Assembly (NCBI GenBank): GCA_964016885.1
Contig: OZ024759.1
Coordinates: 35,526,001-35,590,000, forward strand
Source of the DNA: Eledone cirrhosa
Lineage: Eukaryota
Length of the DNA stretch: 64,000 nt
Direction of reading: 5' to 3'
The position numbers and the translations under genes were made by a program. The notes under the pieces are model-generated. The model saw nothing but the letters and a program-made list of their open reading frames with translations. It made no database searches and had not been told where the DNA came from. Below, one piece after another: positions 13,440 to 26,870 of this stretch (positions are counted from its first letter, which is position 1; the number at the start of each line of letters is the position of its first letter).

Positions 13440-14639
13440 CTGGTAAAGGAAAATATATTCAGATAGGTGAAAAAAAGGGTTGTTTTGGGGATATCTGTCT
13501 TATTTTCCTTCAGTTTTTTAGTTCCCTGGTATAAAGTTATTTTGAGTCCTGTACTCTCAGTCACTTAACACCTCTGTGGTGGACTGGTGTCCTATCCAGG
13601 GGAGAGTCTTGTACTCTCATTCACTTAACATCCTTGGGCTTAGAGCAGACTTTACCTCTGTGATTAATATTCTCTTCTTTATCGTCTCAGCAGAGCTGTT
13701 CTGCTAGAGAACAGATTGCAGGTGGCAGATAGTGATACCACCACCTGATATGATGGCTAGTTGCAACATAAGTGGGCAACTGTTGGACGAACAAGCAACC
13801 CCAGACCAACTGCAGTAAGGGAGATGGAGCAATAGGTGACACCTGTAGCTCCCAAGAAAACTCTCACAATCCAGTGAAGTAGCTACAATGAGGCAAGTGA
13901 AGACTGCCTCTAAATAAGCCTAGTCTTCGCAGGTTTGACAAAGTACCGGATTGGTGCCTGGTATGAATAAAACCACTGAAACTGCAATATGGTGAGCGGA
14001 ACATAAACAAATTAATTAATATTGATTTAAAAAAACCCCCATATTTTGTCAGAGATCTATCATTTTCAAAATTGACTGATGACGAATACATTAAATCTAT
14101 TTCTAATCATCATCATCATCGTTAAAACAACAACAATGATAATTATGAGATAATGATGATGATGATGATGATAACAATGAAAATGATGATGATAATAATT
14201 GTTTCTACTTTAGGCACAAGGCCAGTAATTATCCCAGTACATTACTGGTATTTTATTTTATCGACCCCGTAAGGATGAAAGGCAAAGTTAACCTCGGTGG
14301 AATTTGAACTCAGACCATAAAGGGATGTAACTCTATGTTGCAAAGCATGGCATCCGACCCTCTACCGATACTGTCAATCATGATGATGATGATGATGATT
14401 AGAAATATATTTAATGCATTCATCGTCGGACATTTTTGAAAATGGCAGATTTTTGACAAAATATGTTTTAAAAAAAATCAATATTTATTTTTTAACATTT
14501 GGAGAAATATAATCAACATTTCCTTATTTATCTGTTGTTTGGAACATGACATAACAAAGGTACTTACATGAAATACTATGATACTTATAGTATACAGTTT
14601 AATAGTTTATAATATAGTTACTATTGTTCAATAGTTATA

Positions 14640-15570
14640 ATAGTGTACTATAGTAAAGTACTATTACTACTGTACTATAATAATTATGCTATAGTACAGT
14701 ACTATAGAATTGTACTATAGCAGCTCTACTATACTACTGTATTATAGTATAGTTACTATAGAACAGTTATGATAGTACTGTACTATAGTATAATTAGTAT
14801 AGTACAGTTCTAATAGTACTGAACTAATAGTGTAGTTAGTATAGTACAGTTCTAATAGTTCTGTACTAATAGTATAGTTAGTATAGTACAGTTCTAATAG
14901 TACTGAACTAATAGTGTAGTTAGTATAATACAGTTCTAATAGTTCTGAACTAATAGTATAGTTAGTATAGTACAGTTACTAATAATACTGTACTATAGCA
15001 TAGTTAGTATAGTATAGTTAGTATAGTACAGTTCTAATAATACTGTACTATAGAATAGTTAGCATAGTACAGTTCTAATGGTACTGTACTATAGTATAGT
15101 TAGTATAGTACAGTTCTAATAGTTCTGTACTAATAGTATAGTTAGTATAGTACAGTTACTAATAATACTGTACTATAGCATAGTTAGTATAGTATAGTTA
15201 GTATAGTACAGTTCTAATAATACTGTACTATAGAATAGTTAGCATAGTACAGTTCTAATGGTACTGTACTATAGTATAGTTAGTATAGTACAGTTCTAAT
15301 AGTTCTGTACTAATAGTATAGTTAGTATAGTACAGTTACTAATAATACTGTACTATAGCATAGTTAGTATAGTATAGTTAGTATAGTACAGTTCTAATAA
15401 TACTGTACTATAGAATAGTTAGCATAGTACAGTTCTAATGGTACTGTACTATAGTATAGTTAGTATAGTACAGTTCTAATAGTACTATAGTACAGTTCTA
15501 ATAGAACTATACTATAGTACTGTACTAATATTGCTGTACTATAGTACTTTACTATAGTATAATTACAATA
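14640..15570. repeat. TAGTA-rich satellite with 180-bp higher-order repeat
   Basis: The 60-mers at 15001, 15181 and 15361 are identical. Confidence 0.92.
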
Positions 15571-16071
15571 GTAAGTGTATTATCAAAAAAATTAGACGTA
15601 AAAGTGAATATATGCTAAATCTATATTTACCAAAATACTATTACAAGAGAACCATCTAAAAATAGATCTATAATCAATAAATAAAATCGATAATCAATAC
15701 AAGACAAGAACTGTTGTGAAATAACCCAAGTCTGTTAGAGTTCTGGTGTAACATAATATTGATTCCTATTACCTTGGTACACCGCACCATTCTTTGAGAG
15801 ACAATAGAATCGGTGTCTCTATGTGGATGTTTGACATGTTAGAAAGAACAGTCAAACACCCATGTCATCTTAAAAATGGACACATTGGATAATGTGGGTT
15901 TTAGTACCCTTTACATATATGTAAACCTTCTATGAAAATCTCATGTAAGAATAACCAAACCAACAGTGCCCTCTATATATATATATGTAAGTCCTTTATC
16001 AAAAGTTCATATAAATCCCCCCCCCCCTTGCCATCTTAAAGACAGACACATTGAAAATATGAAAATTAGAA

Positions 16072-16114
<43 letters not shown>

Positions 16115-16241
16115 AAATATAAAACAACCAAATCTTAGTTTAATACATTTAATTGCTGACAATTGTTTCTTCCAGAAGAATGTCTGGAATCATCGGAGCA
16201 TAGAGAATGTTTAAACAGGTAATTAAAATCCTAGTCTTCAG

Positions 16242-16297
<56 letters not shown>

Positions 16298-16349
16298 AAA
16301 AAGAAAGAAAATAAAAAAGAAAATGTTCGCTCTACATGGCTGAATACAA

Positions 16350-16558
16350 TAAATGTAATCTGAGTTTTTCAAATATTAATAATAACATTCGATTTGTTTG
16401 CAATTATGCAAACAAGTTTCAATTCTGTTCCCATGCCAACACAAGAGCAAGAATGAAGAGTTCATTCTACTGACATGGCTATAAAATTGAGGCTTGTTTG
16501 CATAATTGCAACGAATCGAATGTTATTATTAATATTTGAAAAACTCAGATTACATTTA
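16350..16558. repeat. Imperfect inverted repeat (~85-bp arms) with a decayed hammerhead-like fold
   Basis: aaatgtaatctgagtttttc...gaaaaactcagattacattt. Confidence 0.88.
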
Positions 16559-16723
16559 ATATATATATATATATAAAATGTGTTTAATATATATATAATG
16601 TGTACATATATATATATACTCTGTTTATATATATATATAATGTGTATATATATATATATAATGTGTTTATATATATATATATAATGTGTATATATATATA
16701 TAATGTGTTTATATATATATATA

Positions 16724-16772
<49 letters not shown>

Positions 16773-16860
16773 TTAATATATATATATATAATGCATATAT
16801 ATATATATAATGGTAGTGGTAATGATGATGTTGGTAGTGATGGAAATGATGATGGCGTTA

Positions 16861-17019
<159 letters not shown>

Positions 17020-17064
17020 TCAAGCATTTAAACACAGACAACGACAAATAAAAGTTTAAAGTAG

Positions 17065-17692
17065 ATTTATTTGAAATTTGAACTCTTGTCTCGACAACTG
17101 TTGACTTAAGATCTGTTGAGAAAGTTCGATATTTGATTTCTAGGTTCAACAACAGTTGACTTAAGATCTGTCGAGAAAGTTTCAAATTCAAATTTGAACT
17201 ATAGTCTCAACATCTGTTGGCTTAAGATCTGTTGAGGAAGTTTCAAATTTGAACTCTAGTCTCGACAACAGCTGGTTTAAGAACTGTTGAGAAAATTTCA
17301 AATTTGAATTCTAGTCTCAACAACTGTTGACTTAAGATCTGTTGAGAAAGTTCGATATTTGATCTGTAATCTCAACAATAGTTGACTTAAGAACTGTCGA
17401 GAAAGTTTCAAATTTGAACTGTACTCTCAACAGTTGTTAACAGATCTGTTGAGAAAGTTTTAAATTTGAATTCTAGTCTCAATAACAGTTGACTTAAGAT
17501 CTGTTGAGAAAGTTTAAAATTTGAACTGTACTCTCAACAACTGTTGACTTAAGATCTGTTGAAGAAGTTTGATATTTGATCTCTAGGCTCAATATCTGTT
17601 AAGAAAGTTTAAAATTTGAACTGTAGTCTCAACAGCTGTTCACAAAGTTTCAAATTTGAACTCTAGTCTCAACAAATGTTGACTCAAGATTT
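17065..17692. repeat. Diverged ~53-bp minisatellite filling the exon 5-6 intron
   Basis: gttgacttaagatctgttgagaaagtttcaaatttgaactctagtctcaaca units. Confidence 0.9.
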
Positions 17693-17776
17693 TGACCACC
17701 CATCCATACTTGCATGTGTATATACAGTGTATGACTATAAATATAATGTGATTCAATAAAGAGAAGGTGAACTTAC

Positions 17777-17953
17777 TTTCTCAGCATCATTATCAGGACT
17801 GGTGAGATCCCTCCATTCTTCAATTACTGATCCAAGATCTATAGAATTCATTGGAACTTGGACTTGACCAATTTGGTCATGCTTTGAAAAGCGATCAAAA
17901 TCATAGATCGCAAATATTAGCGTCTTACCCGTAATATCAGCATAAGGTACGTT
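17777..17953 (-). CDS. syt1: Syt1 exon 5, C2A (NVPYAD...[13 protein letters not shown]...DAEK)
   Basis: ctcccag| ... AAA|gtaagt; 177 nt; contains the DFDRFSKHD Ca2+-binding loop. Confidence 0.97.
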
Positions 17954-18009
17954 CTGGGAGAGAAAAGAATACATCAGAAAGGTGAGATTAGAAATTGAAA
18001 TCAAGACAG

Positions 18010-18720
18010 GTAGAGGTAAATACTTAATTAGTTAAGGAAGTGTGGTAAATATTTAATTAAGAAAGGGAGGTAGTGGTAAATACTTAATTAGTTAAGGAAG
18101 TGTGGTAAATATTTAATTAAGAAAGGGAGGTAGTGGTAAATATTTAATTAGTTAAGGAAGTGTGGTAAATATTTAATTAAGAAAGGGAGGTAGTGGTAAA
18201 TATTTAATTAGTTAAGGAAGTGTGGTAAATATTTAGTTAAGAAAGGGAGGTAGTGGTAAATATTTAATTAGTTAAGGAAGTGTGGTAAATATTTAGTTAA
18301 GAAAGGGAGGTAGTGGTAAATATTTAATTAGTTAAGGAAGTGTGGTAAATATTTAGTTAGTTAAGGAAGGTAGTGGGATATATTCAATTAGTTAAAAGAA
18401 TATTTTAAAGTATTCAATTAAGAAAGGGAGTTGTTATGGTTACTGCGTTCACTATGGTAAATGTAGTTACTATGGTTACTCTGGTTGCTGTGGTTATTGT
18501 AGTTACATATTGTGGTTACTCTGAATACCATGGTTACACATTATGGTTGCTGTGGTTGTTACTATAATTACTGTGGTTGTTACTATGGTTACTCAGGTTG
18601 CTATGGCTGTAACTAAAGTTACTGTGGTTGTTACTATAGTTACTATGGTTACTCTGATTACCATGGTTACACATTGTGGTTCCTCTGGTTGGTTACTATA
18701 GTTACTATGGTTACCAGGCA
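18010..18720. repeat. 60-bp tandem repeat (~18010-18365) then degenerate GTTACTATG repeats (~18430-18718)
   Basis: Direct inspection. Confidence 0.9.
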
Positions 18721-18728
18721 TGACTTAC

Positions 18729-18896
18729 CTTAAATGTGAAGGATTCATTAAATACTGGATTCAGTGTTTTCCGATGGACTTTTGTTTCAAATTTCTTCTT
18801 TTTGTCGGGCATTAGATAGACTTTGACATATGGGTCTGATGTCCCAGACATATCCATGCCAGGTAAGTCGGCAGCCTGTATTACATTTACTGTTAG
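18729..18896 (-). CDS. syt1: Syt1 exon 4, C2A ([25 protein letters not shown]...ESFTFK); absent from the ORF track
   Basis: Manual translation; ccctctgcag| ... AAG|gtaagt; 168 nt. Confidence 0.97.
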
Positions 18897-18983
18897 CTGC
18901 AGAGGGAGACAAAGAAAGAGAGATGTGTTAGTGTAGAGATAAGTTGGCAGTGAGTATTACATTTACTGTTTGCTGCAGAGGGA

Positions 18984-19029
<46 letters not shown>

Positions 19030-19033
<4 letters not shown>

Positions 19034-19370
19034 GGATGTGCAATATCAATGTGCGTGAACGACCAAGCATAGATGAGTTGAGAGAGAAACTGGGTATAAG
19101 AGGGATAAGTTGTGGTGTGCGGGAGAGAAGACTGCGTTGGTATGGACATGTGATGTACATGGAGGATGACCGCTGGGTAAAGAAGTTCCAAGTAATGGCA
19201 GTAGAAGGAAGACGCAGTAGAGGTAGTGAGAGCAGACTTCAGATCGCTGAAGCTCACGGAGATGACGAAGGACCGTGACAAGTGGAGAGATGCTGTGCTG
19301 AATAGGACCCGTCCCACCCTTCCAAGCAGGGAAAAGCGGACGTAAAATGATGACGATGATGATGATGATA
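19030..19370 (+). mobile_element. RTE-like LINE 3' fragment with (ATG)n tail; relatives ~52710-52975(-), 53941-54166(+), 57760-58300(-)
   Basis: RERRLRWYGHV...VEGRRSRGRPRKTW motifs typical of the RTE-clade ORF C-terminus. Confidence 0.85.
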
Positions 19371-19568
19371 TGAGTGTCGGCTAAAAGGTTCATAGGCTGA
19401 CTAAATAAGGTTTATTTTTCAACATTGTCCTTGGAAAGAAACAATGCAGTTATTAATAAGAGTTGAGAGTTGAAATTAATGTAAGCATTTCGCAGCTCTA
19501 GAATTACTCCTTCATAAGTTGACTATGAACAACTTTCCAGCCAGCCTTCCTAAGTCCAACTCCAGCAA

Positions 19569-19652
19569 AGAAGAAGAAGAAGAAGAAGAAGAAGAAGAAG
19601 AAGAAGAAGAAGAAGAAGAAGAAGAAGAAGAAGAAGAAGAAGAAGAAGAAGA
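19569..19652. repeat. (GAA)n microsatellite
   Basis: Pure trinucleotide run; source of the spurious poly-Leu ORF tail. Confidence 0.97.
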
Positions 19653-19714
19653 GCAGCAGCAGCAACTACTACTACTTTGATAAAAGAAATAAAATAAAAA
19701 TAGATTGTACTTAC

Positions 19715-19840
19715 CTCGCCTTTCTGAAAATCGTAGTCCATAGAATACTGGAGTTTTCCTAATTTTACTTCTGATTTGGTACTTTCAGCATCCTCATTCT
19801 CTTCCATATTCATTGGAAGCTCCTCTAAGTCCGGCTGCAC
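19715..19840 (-). CDS. syt1: Syt1 exon 3, linker and start of C2A (VQPDLEEL...DFQKGE); alternative acceptor at 19834
   Basis: ttttggcaag|GTGCAG|CCG ... GAG|gtaagt; 126 or 120 nt. Confidence 0.96.
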
Positions 19841-19968
19841 CTTGCCAAAATCAACAATATTTGCAGTTCCAAAGGATAAGCAATATGGGAGCCAAATGGA
19901 AAAAGAACAAAAATTGCTGTTAGATGAAATAACAAGATGCAATGCAGACAGAACATGCAGTTATTGGT

Positions 19969-21100
19969 GGGAGGGTTAACGTCGGACATATGTAGCAGGG
20001 AGGGTTAACGTCGGACATATGTAGCAGGGAGGGTTAACGTCGGACATATGTAGCAGGGAGGGTTAACGTCGGACATATGTAGCAGGGAGGGTTAACGTCA
20101 GACATATGTAGCAGGGAGGGTTAACGTCAGACATATGTAGCAGGGAGGGCTAACGTCAGACAGGTGTAGCAGGGAGGGCTAACGTCAGACAGGTGTAGTA
20201 GTGAGGGCTAATGTCTGACAGGTGTAGCAGGAGGGCTAACGTCAGACAGGTGTAGTAGGGAGGGCTAACGTCAGACAGGTGTAGCAGGGAGGGCTAATGT
20301 CTGACAGGTGTAGCAGGGAGGGCTAATGTCTGACAGGTGTAGCAGGGAGGGCTAATGTCTGACAGGTGTAGCAGGGAGGGCTAATGTCTGACAGGTGTAG
20401 CAGGGAGGGCTAATGTCTGACAGGTGTAGCAGGGAGGGCTAATGTCTGACAGGTGTAGCAGGGAGGGCTAACGTCTGACAGGTGTAGCAGGGAGGGCTAA
20501 CGTCAGACAGGTGTAGCAGGGAGGGCTAACGTCAGACAGGTGTAGCAGGGAGGGCTAACGTCAGACAGGTGTAGCAGGGAGGGCTAACGTCAGACAGGTG
20601 TAGCAGGGAGGGCTAACGTCAGACAGGTGTAGTAGGGAGGGCTAATGTCTGACAGGTGTAGCAGGGAGGGCTAACGTCAGACAGGTGTAGCAGGGAGGGC
20701 TAACATCAGACAGGTGTAGCAGGGAGGGCTAACATCGGACAGGTGTAGTAGGGAGGGCTAATGTCTGACAGGTGTAGCAGGGAGGGCTAACATCAGACAC
20801 GTGTAGCAGGGAGGGCTAATGTCTGACAGATGTAGCAGGGAGGGCTAACGTCGGACAGGTGTAGCAGGGAGGGCTAACGTCGGACACGTGTGGCAGGGAG
20901 TGCTAACGTCTGACAGGTGTAGCAGGGAGGGCTAACGTCGGACAGGTGTAGCAGGGAGGGCTAATGTCGGACACGTGTGGCAGGGAGTGCTAATGTCTGA
21001 CAGGTGTAGTAGGGAGGGCTAACGTCGGACAGGTGTAGCAGGGAGGGCTAACGTCGGACACGTGTGGCAGGGAGTGCTAACGTCTGACAGGTGTAGCAGG
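19969..21100. repeat. 29-bp minisatellite, ~39 copies
   Basis: gggagggctaacgtcagacaggtgtagca. Confidence 0.96.
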
Positions 21101-21739
21101 GTACAGCATAGGTTAGTGTCAGACACAGGTTAATGTCAGACATATGTAGCAAGGAGTAGGGTATGTAGCAGGGTGGGACAGTTTGTGTCGGACAGTGGTG
21201 TGAGACATAGTGGAGTGAGACGTAGTGGAGTGGGATATAGTGGAGTGTCAGACACAGTGGAGTGAGGCAAGTTAGTGTCAGACAGTGGAGTGAGACAGTG
21301 GAGTGAGACATAAGTCAGTGTCAGACACGGTGGAGTGAGACACAGTGGAGTGAGACACAGGTTTTCTGTATTCTTACAACATTGCTTCCATCCTTCAGGG
21401 GTCAATAAAATAAAGTATCAGTAATGTACTGAGGTTGATTTAATATAGGACTGTTAATGCAAAAATGACCTCAGAGCGATATAAACTCTTTGTGTAAAGA
21501 ACTGGAAGAATACCTCAGAGTATTCCATCCAATGGTCTGACTCTGCCAAATGGTTGCTTTATTATTCCATTTATGGAGAGCTAGGTGATGTTGAAGGCTT
21601 CTACGGAAGGGAGGGCTTGTGTCTCTGTGTCAGGGTCTCAGGTTAATTCTTGAACTCCTCCAGTATTCTCTGCTCAAGAAACACATTATGGAGGGAAGTT
21701 GGTGTAAAACAACTGTAATGTCATTTAGACCCCTCAGGA

Positions 21740-22115
21740 AAGAATCGCTGGAGTCACTCGAGGTAGAGCCACTACTTCTCCGAATTGAGAGATCACAGCT
21801 CTGATACTATAGACATGTGGTTAGAATGTCTCAGGAAAGAATCACTGGACAGAATTGAGAGATCACAGCTCTGATACTATGGAGGAGATGTGGTTAGAAT
21901 ATCTCAGGAAAGAATCACTGGACAGATTTTACAGGCAAAACCAACCGGTAAGAGACCCAGGGTTAGACTCTGAGCAAGATGGTTGGATAACATCCATGAG
22001 CTTGGTTGGTCTTGCTTGGGGATCAAGCTAGATCAGTTGGAGTCAGTTGCTTCAGACAGGACCTGCTGGAAGGAGTGTTTGAGGTCCCTGTCCCCACGAC
22101 TCTCTCAGGAATAAG
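21740..22115 (+). mobile_element. RTE/Rex3-like LINE 3' fragment with internal duplication; relative at ~9262-9430
   Basis: SLEVEPLLLRIERSQL...AKPTGKRP motifs, with stops. Confidence 0.75.
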
Positions 22116-22242
22116 TAGGAGAAGAAGAAGATATATCTGTCATGGTAAAAACATGGTTTGTATCTGTTTAGTCATGTCAAAGTCAAGTCTGCATATTTTG
22201 TCATGCTGTGCAAGTGCAATATTACATGCAGTATCTCATGCA

Positions 22243-22580
22243 GTGAAGTAACTCCCTCCAAAATATTATACACACCCTATTTATTTATAGTGAAGTAACC
22301 CCCAAAATATTATACATCCAGTTTATTTATAGTGAAGTAACCCCCAAAATATACACCCAGTTTATTTATAGTGAAGTAACCCCCAAAATATTATACACCC
22401 TATTTATTTATAGTAAAGTAACCTCAAAATATTATACACCCAGTTTATTTATAATGAAGTAACCCCCAAAATATTATATACACCCTATTTATTCATAGTG
22501 AAGTAACCCCCAAAATATTATACACACCCTATTTATTCATAGTGAAGTAACCCCCAAAATATTATACACCCAGTTTTATT
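22243..22580. repeat. ~38-40-bp minisatellite
   Basis: agtgaagtaacccccaaaatattatacaccc...tttat. Confidence 0.9.
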
Positions 22581-23834
22581 TATTTATTTATTCTCCTGAA
22601 GAATCAACTCAGTATTTTTTCTTGTTTATTTATTGTGTAGAATCTGTCGACTAGTAAAGATATAAACATTTGGATTACTGAACCTGTGTTTAAGATATTT
22701 ACTGCTGAATAATTACAGGATATTTGAGTTAAAATGATTAAATGAATACATATTTTGTAAATAACAAAATTAATATTCTGTTTTTTATCTACTCTACTCT
22801 ATTAGAGAACAGATCACAAACGGATAGTAACTGTTAACAGCCCGTCCACTAGTAATGGTATCATAACCCTTTAGCATTTACATTACTTTACTATTATATT
22901 TTCAGGGTAAAGGCTTTATCTAACATAATAATCTCACACAATATGGAATCTATGAGATCTTGATGATGTTATTATTTATTTTGAAAACAATACCTTAATG
23001 TCAGTATGAGTGGCCAGTTACAGCCGGTTTGAATAGAAAGAGGTGAGAAAATTCTGACTGGATATGGCTGGTTTAAATGCTAAAGGGTTAAACCGGCCAT
23101 ACCTGACTAAATTCTCTCACCTCTTTCTGTTCAAACCGGCTGTAACCAGTCACTCATACTGACATTAAGGTATTGTTCTTAAAATATATAATATCAAACT
23201 CTCGTATTTGATATTATGTGAGATAATTATATGAGGTAAAGCCTTTACCATAAAAATACAATAGTATATATAGAGTAATGTAGATACTAAAGGGATAAAC
23301 ATTTGAATTAATAAACTTGTTTTTAAGATATCTTCTGCTAAATCATTACAGGTGTGTAACGAAAGACCTCTGGGAAATTATATTTATAATATATAATTAT
23401 ATTTTTAACTGTTGATCAATCAATGATAAATATTGATTGTAAGGTAAATTAATTATAGAAATATAAAATATACTGAAGTGAAAACCAACCCCAACCAAAG
23501 AGTGAGTGTTTAATTATATATTTCTGACAATGTTATAACAATAGCCTCCCCCAAATATAACATTACAGGATGTTAAGAGTTAAAGTGCTATTTCTAGCTA
23601 GTGAAACAACCACTTCAGGGCACTATTGTGCTGAAGATAATAATATAGTTGTGTAGGTGTGGAGGTGTTCTTAATAGATGAACAGATGCAATGAAACATT
23701 GTGCATTCTCTGCAGCTGCACACCTGAAGTGCAGCAGATTGAAGAAATGGTGCAACAAGTGGATATGACATTGGGAAGGTTTTAATTGACGTGTTAAGAA
23801 GGTGAGAAATGGAAGACAGAAAGAAAATGCATGT

Positions 23835-24552
<718 letters not shown>

Positions 24553-25103
24553 GGTATCAGCTCTAATTGCATTTTGTAGGTGAAAATATCTATTTGAAAA
24601 AGGTGCGTAATGAGATAAGTTGAAAGTGCAGTGAGGGTGCATCAAAACATACAAACTCATTAAGTTGTTGCCATGTGCAATAAAATGCACAAAGCTATGA
24701 TATTTTAATGTGCATATAATATACATGATTATGAGGTTGTAATGTGCATATAATGTGCCAAAAAGTACTAGGTGCAGGGAAATGTTGAGAAGAAATAAAG
24801 ACAAAACCAAAAATAAAATCTGACATTTTGCCAGACTAAAATGAATGCTGAGTGAATCTATGGTGAAATATCATTGAAAATGGTGAGGAATATTTATTAG
24901 AATATAAAGAGGAATGAAGTGTAGCATTTAGTGAAATATGTTAACAACAGAAGGAAGATGAAGGATTGTTTATGATGATAACAATAGAAATGTGAGGTAA
25001 CATTTACTGAAATATTTGTGATGATAACAACAGAGATATGATGTAGAGGTTAGTGGTGTATATATATGTTGATAACAGCAAGGATGTGACGTAGAGGTTA
25101 GTG

Positions 25104-25158
<55 letters not shown>

Positions 25159-25276
25159 GATATATATTTATATATATATATATAAATATATATACATAGA
25201 TATATATTTATATATATATATATATATAAATATATATACATAGATATTAATTTATATATATATATATAAATATCTA

Positions 25277-25336
<60 letters not shown>

Positions 25337-25340
25337 TCTA

Positions 25341-25380
<40 letters not shown>

Positions 25381-25576
25381 GATATATATTTATATATATA
25401 TAAATATATATACATAGATATATATTTATATATATATATATAAATATCTATATATGTATATATATATATATGCAAATATGTATTTTTGTATATATATATT
25501 ATATATATACATATATATATATTTATATATATATATAAATATATATGTATATATATATATGCAAATAATATGTATT

Positions 25577-25607
<31 letters not shown>

Positions 25608-25651
25608 GGATGAAATAGGTGTAAATAAGACAAATTGTTAGATATTCTCAC

Positions 25652-25830
25652 CTTCTCTTTGATGGAATTGCCTAGTAAGTTTCCACTTTTGAGGTCGACT
25701 GCTCCCTTTAGCCCCTTCTTGCCATCCTTCTTCTTTCTCCTGCGGCAAATACGTTTGCAGCAGCAATAAGCTGCACACACCAAGAAAAGCAAAACTCCCG
25801 CGCAAATAAGTATGATTACCCATATTGGTA
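25652..25830 (-). CDS. syt1: Syt1 exon 2, TM domain, Cys cluster and basic juxtamembrane region (PIWVIILICAG...NSIKEK)
   Basis: ctttttccag|TA CCA ... GAG AAG|gtgaga; 179 nt, phase 1 to 0. Confidence 0.96.
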
Positions 25831-26629
25831 CTGGAAAAAGAATTACAAAAACCCACATGTAAAATTTCGAATAAGACGGAATCCAAGACAAAAAAAACAA
25901 CAAAAAATAAAGTTTATATAGTGATACCAAATATATCAACTAACCAAAAATATAAAATATAAAATAGTCAGCTTGCATCACACGTGGTTTTAAATAGTAT
26001 GGTCTTTATCTTGTTTTTTTTTTTTTAAATATACGCGGTTGGAAAAAAATTCTTTTTTTTTTTTCAGAAATTTGAAAAAATCTGTAAAATTCCTAATTTC
26101 CTGTAAAATTCTGTGTCCCCTAAAGTAAGGGAGAAAACTCTACTCTAATCCCTACCACTATTTCAATTTGTATTTTTTTTTTATAATTCGTGTTCTGGCT
26201 GACAGGCTGAGCTGTGGCCATGCTGGAGCACTGCCTTAGTATTTGGTTTTTAATTCCTGTTTCTGGGTTTCTCAACTACGCAGTAGATCCCATGTATCTC
26301 CTCGTAAACATTGGTGAAATTAGGCCCTTTTATTATATAAAGGTTTTGAACATAGTCAGGTTTTGAAATACCATTGGGGGGTATCTGCGGAACCAATTGA
26401 TTACATAAGATCCCGGATCTCTGTATACTTGTCTCATTCTTTGGTTCTAGACACAAGTAACGTTTACCAAAATCCTGAGAACAAAATAAAATAGGAAGCA
26501 TGGAAGTTGAGGTTTGTCTGATTTAACTTTCAACTGATGTTATCATCATTTCCTACCTTGGATCAGTTCGCAGTAAGTAATACTTATTGCAAAAATGTGA
26601 CGCCCTCACTTTGGACCATAACATTTTTC

Positions 26630-26736
26630 TCTTTCTGATTAAGTGCAATATTTTATTACGTAATGCATGTGATTGAGCATGGGACTATGCAGTCAACACA
26701 TGTAGATGGTTATTGTACAGAAACATATGTTAAAGA
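26630..26736 (+). ncRNA. Decayed hammerhead motif (family D), G8 mutated
   Basis: tcttt-CTGATTA-a gtgcaata...tattgtac a-GAA-ACATATGT-T-aaaga, followed by AATAAA and (TA)n. Confidence 0.5.
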
Positions 26737-26803
26737 ATGAACTCTCAATAAATTTCTTCTTCCGACCAATTCTTCCTGCCGAGTTATTCCTGTTTTTCTT
26801 GGT

Positions 26804-26870
<67 letters not shown>

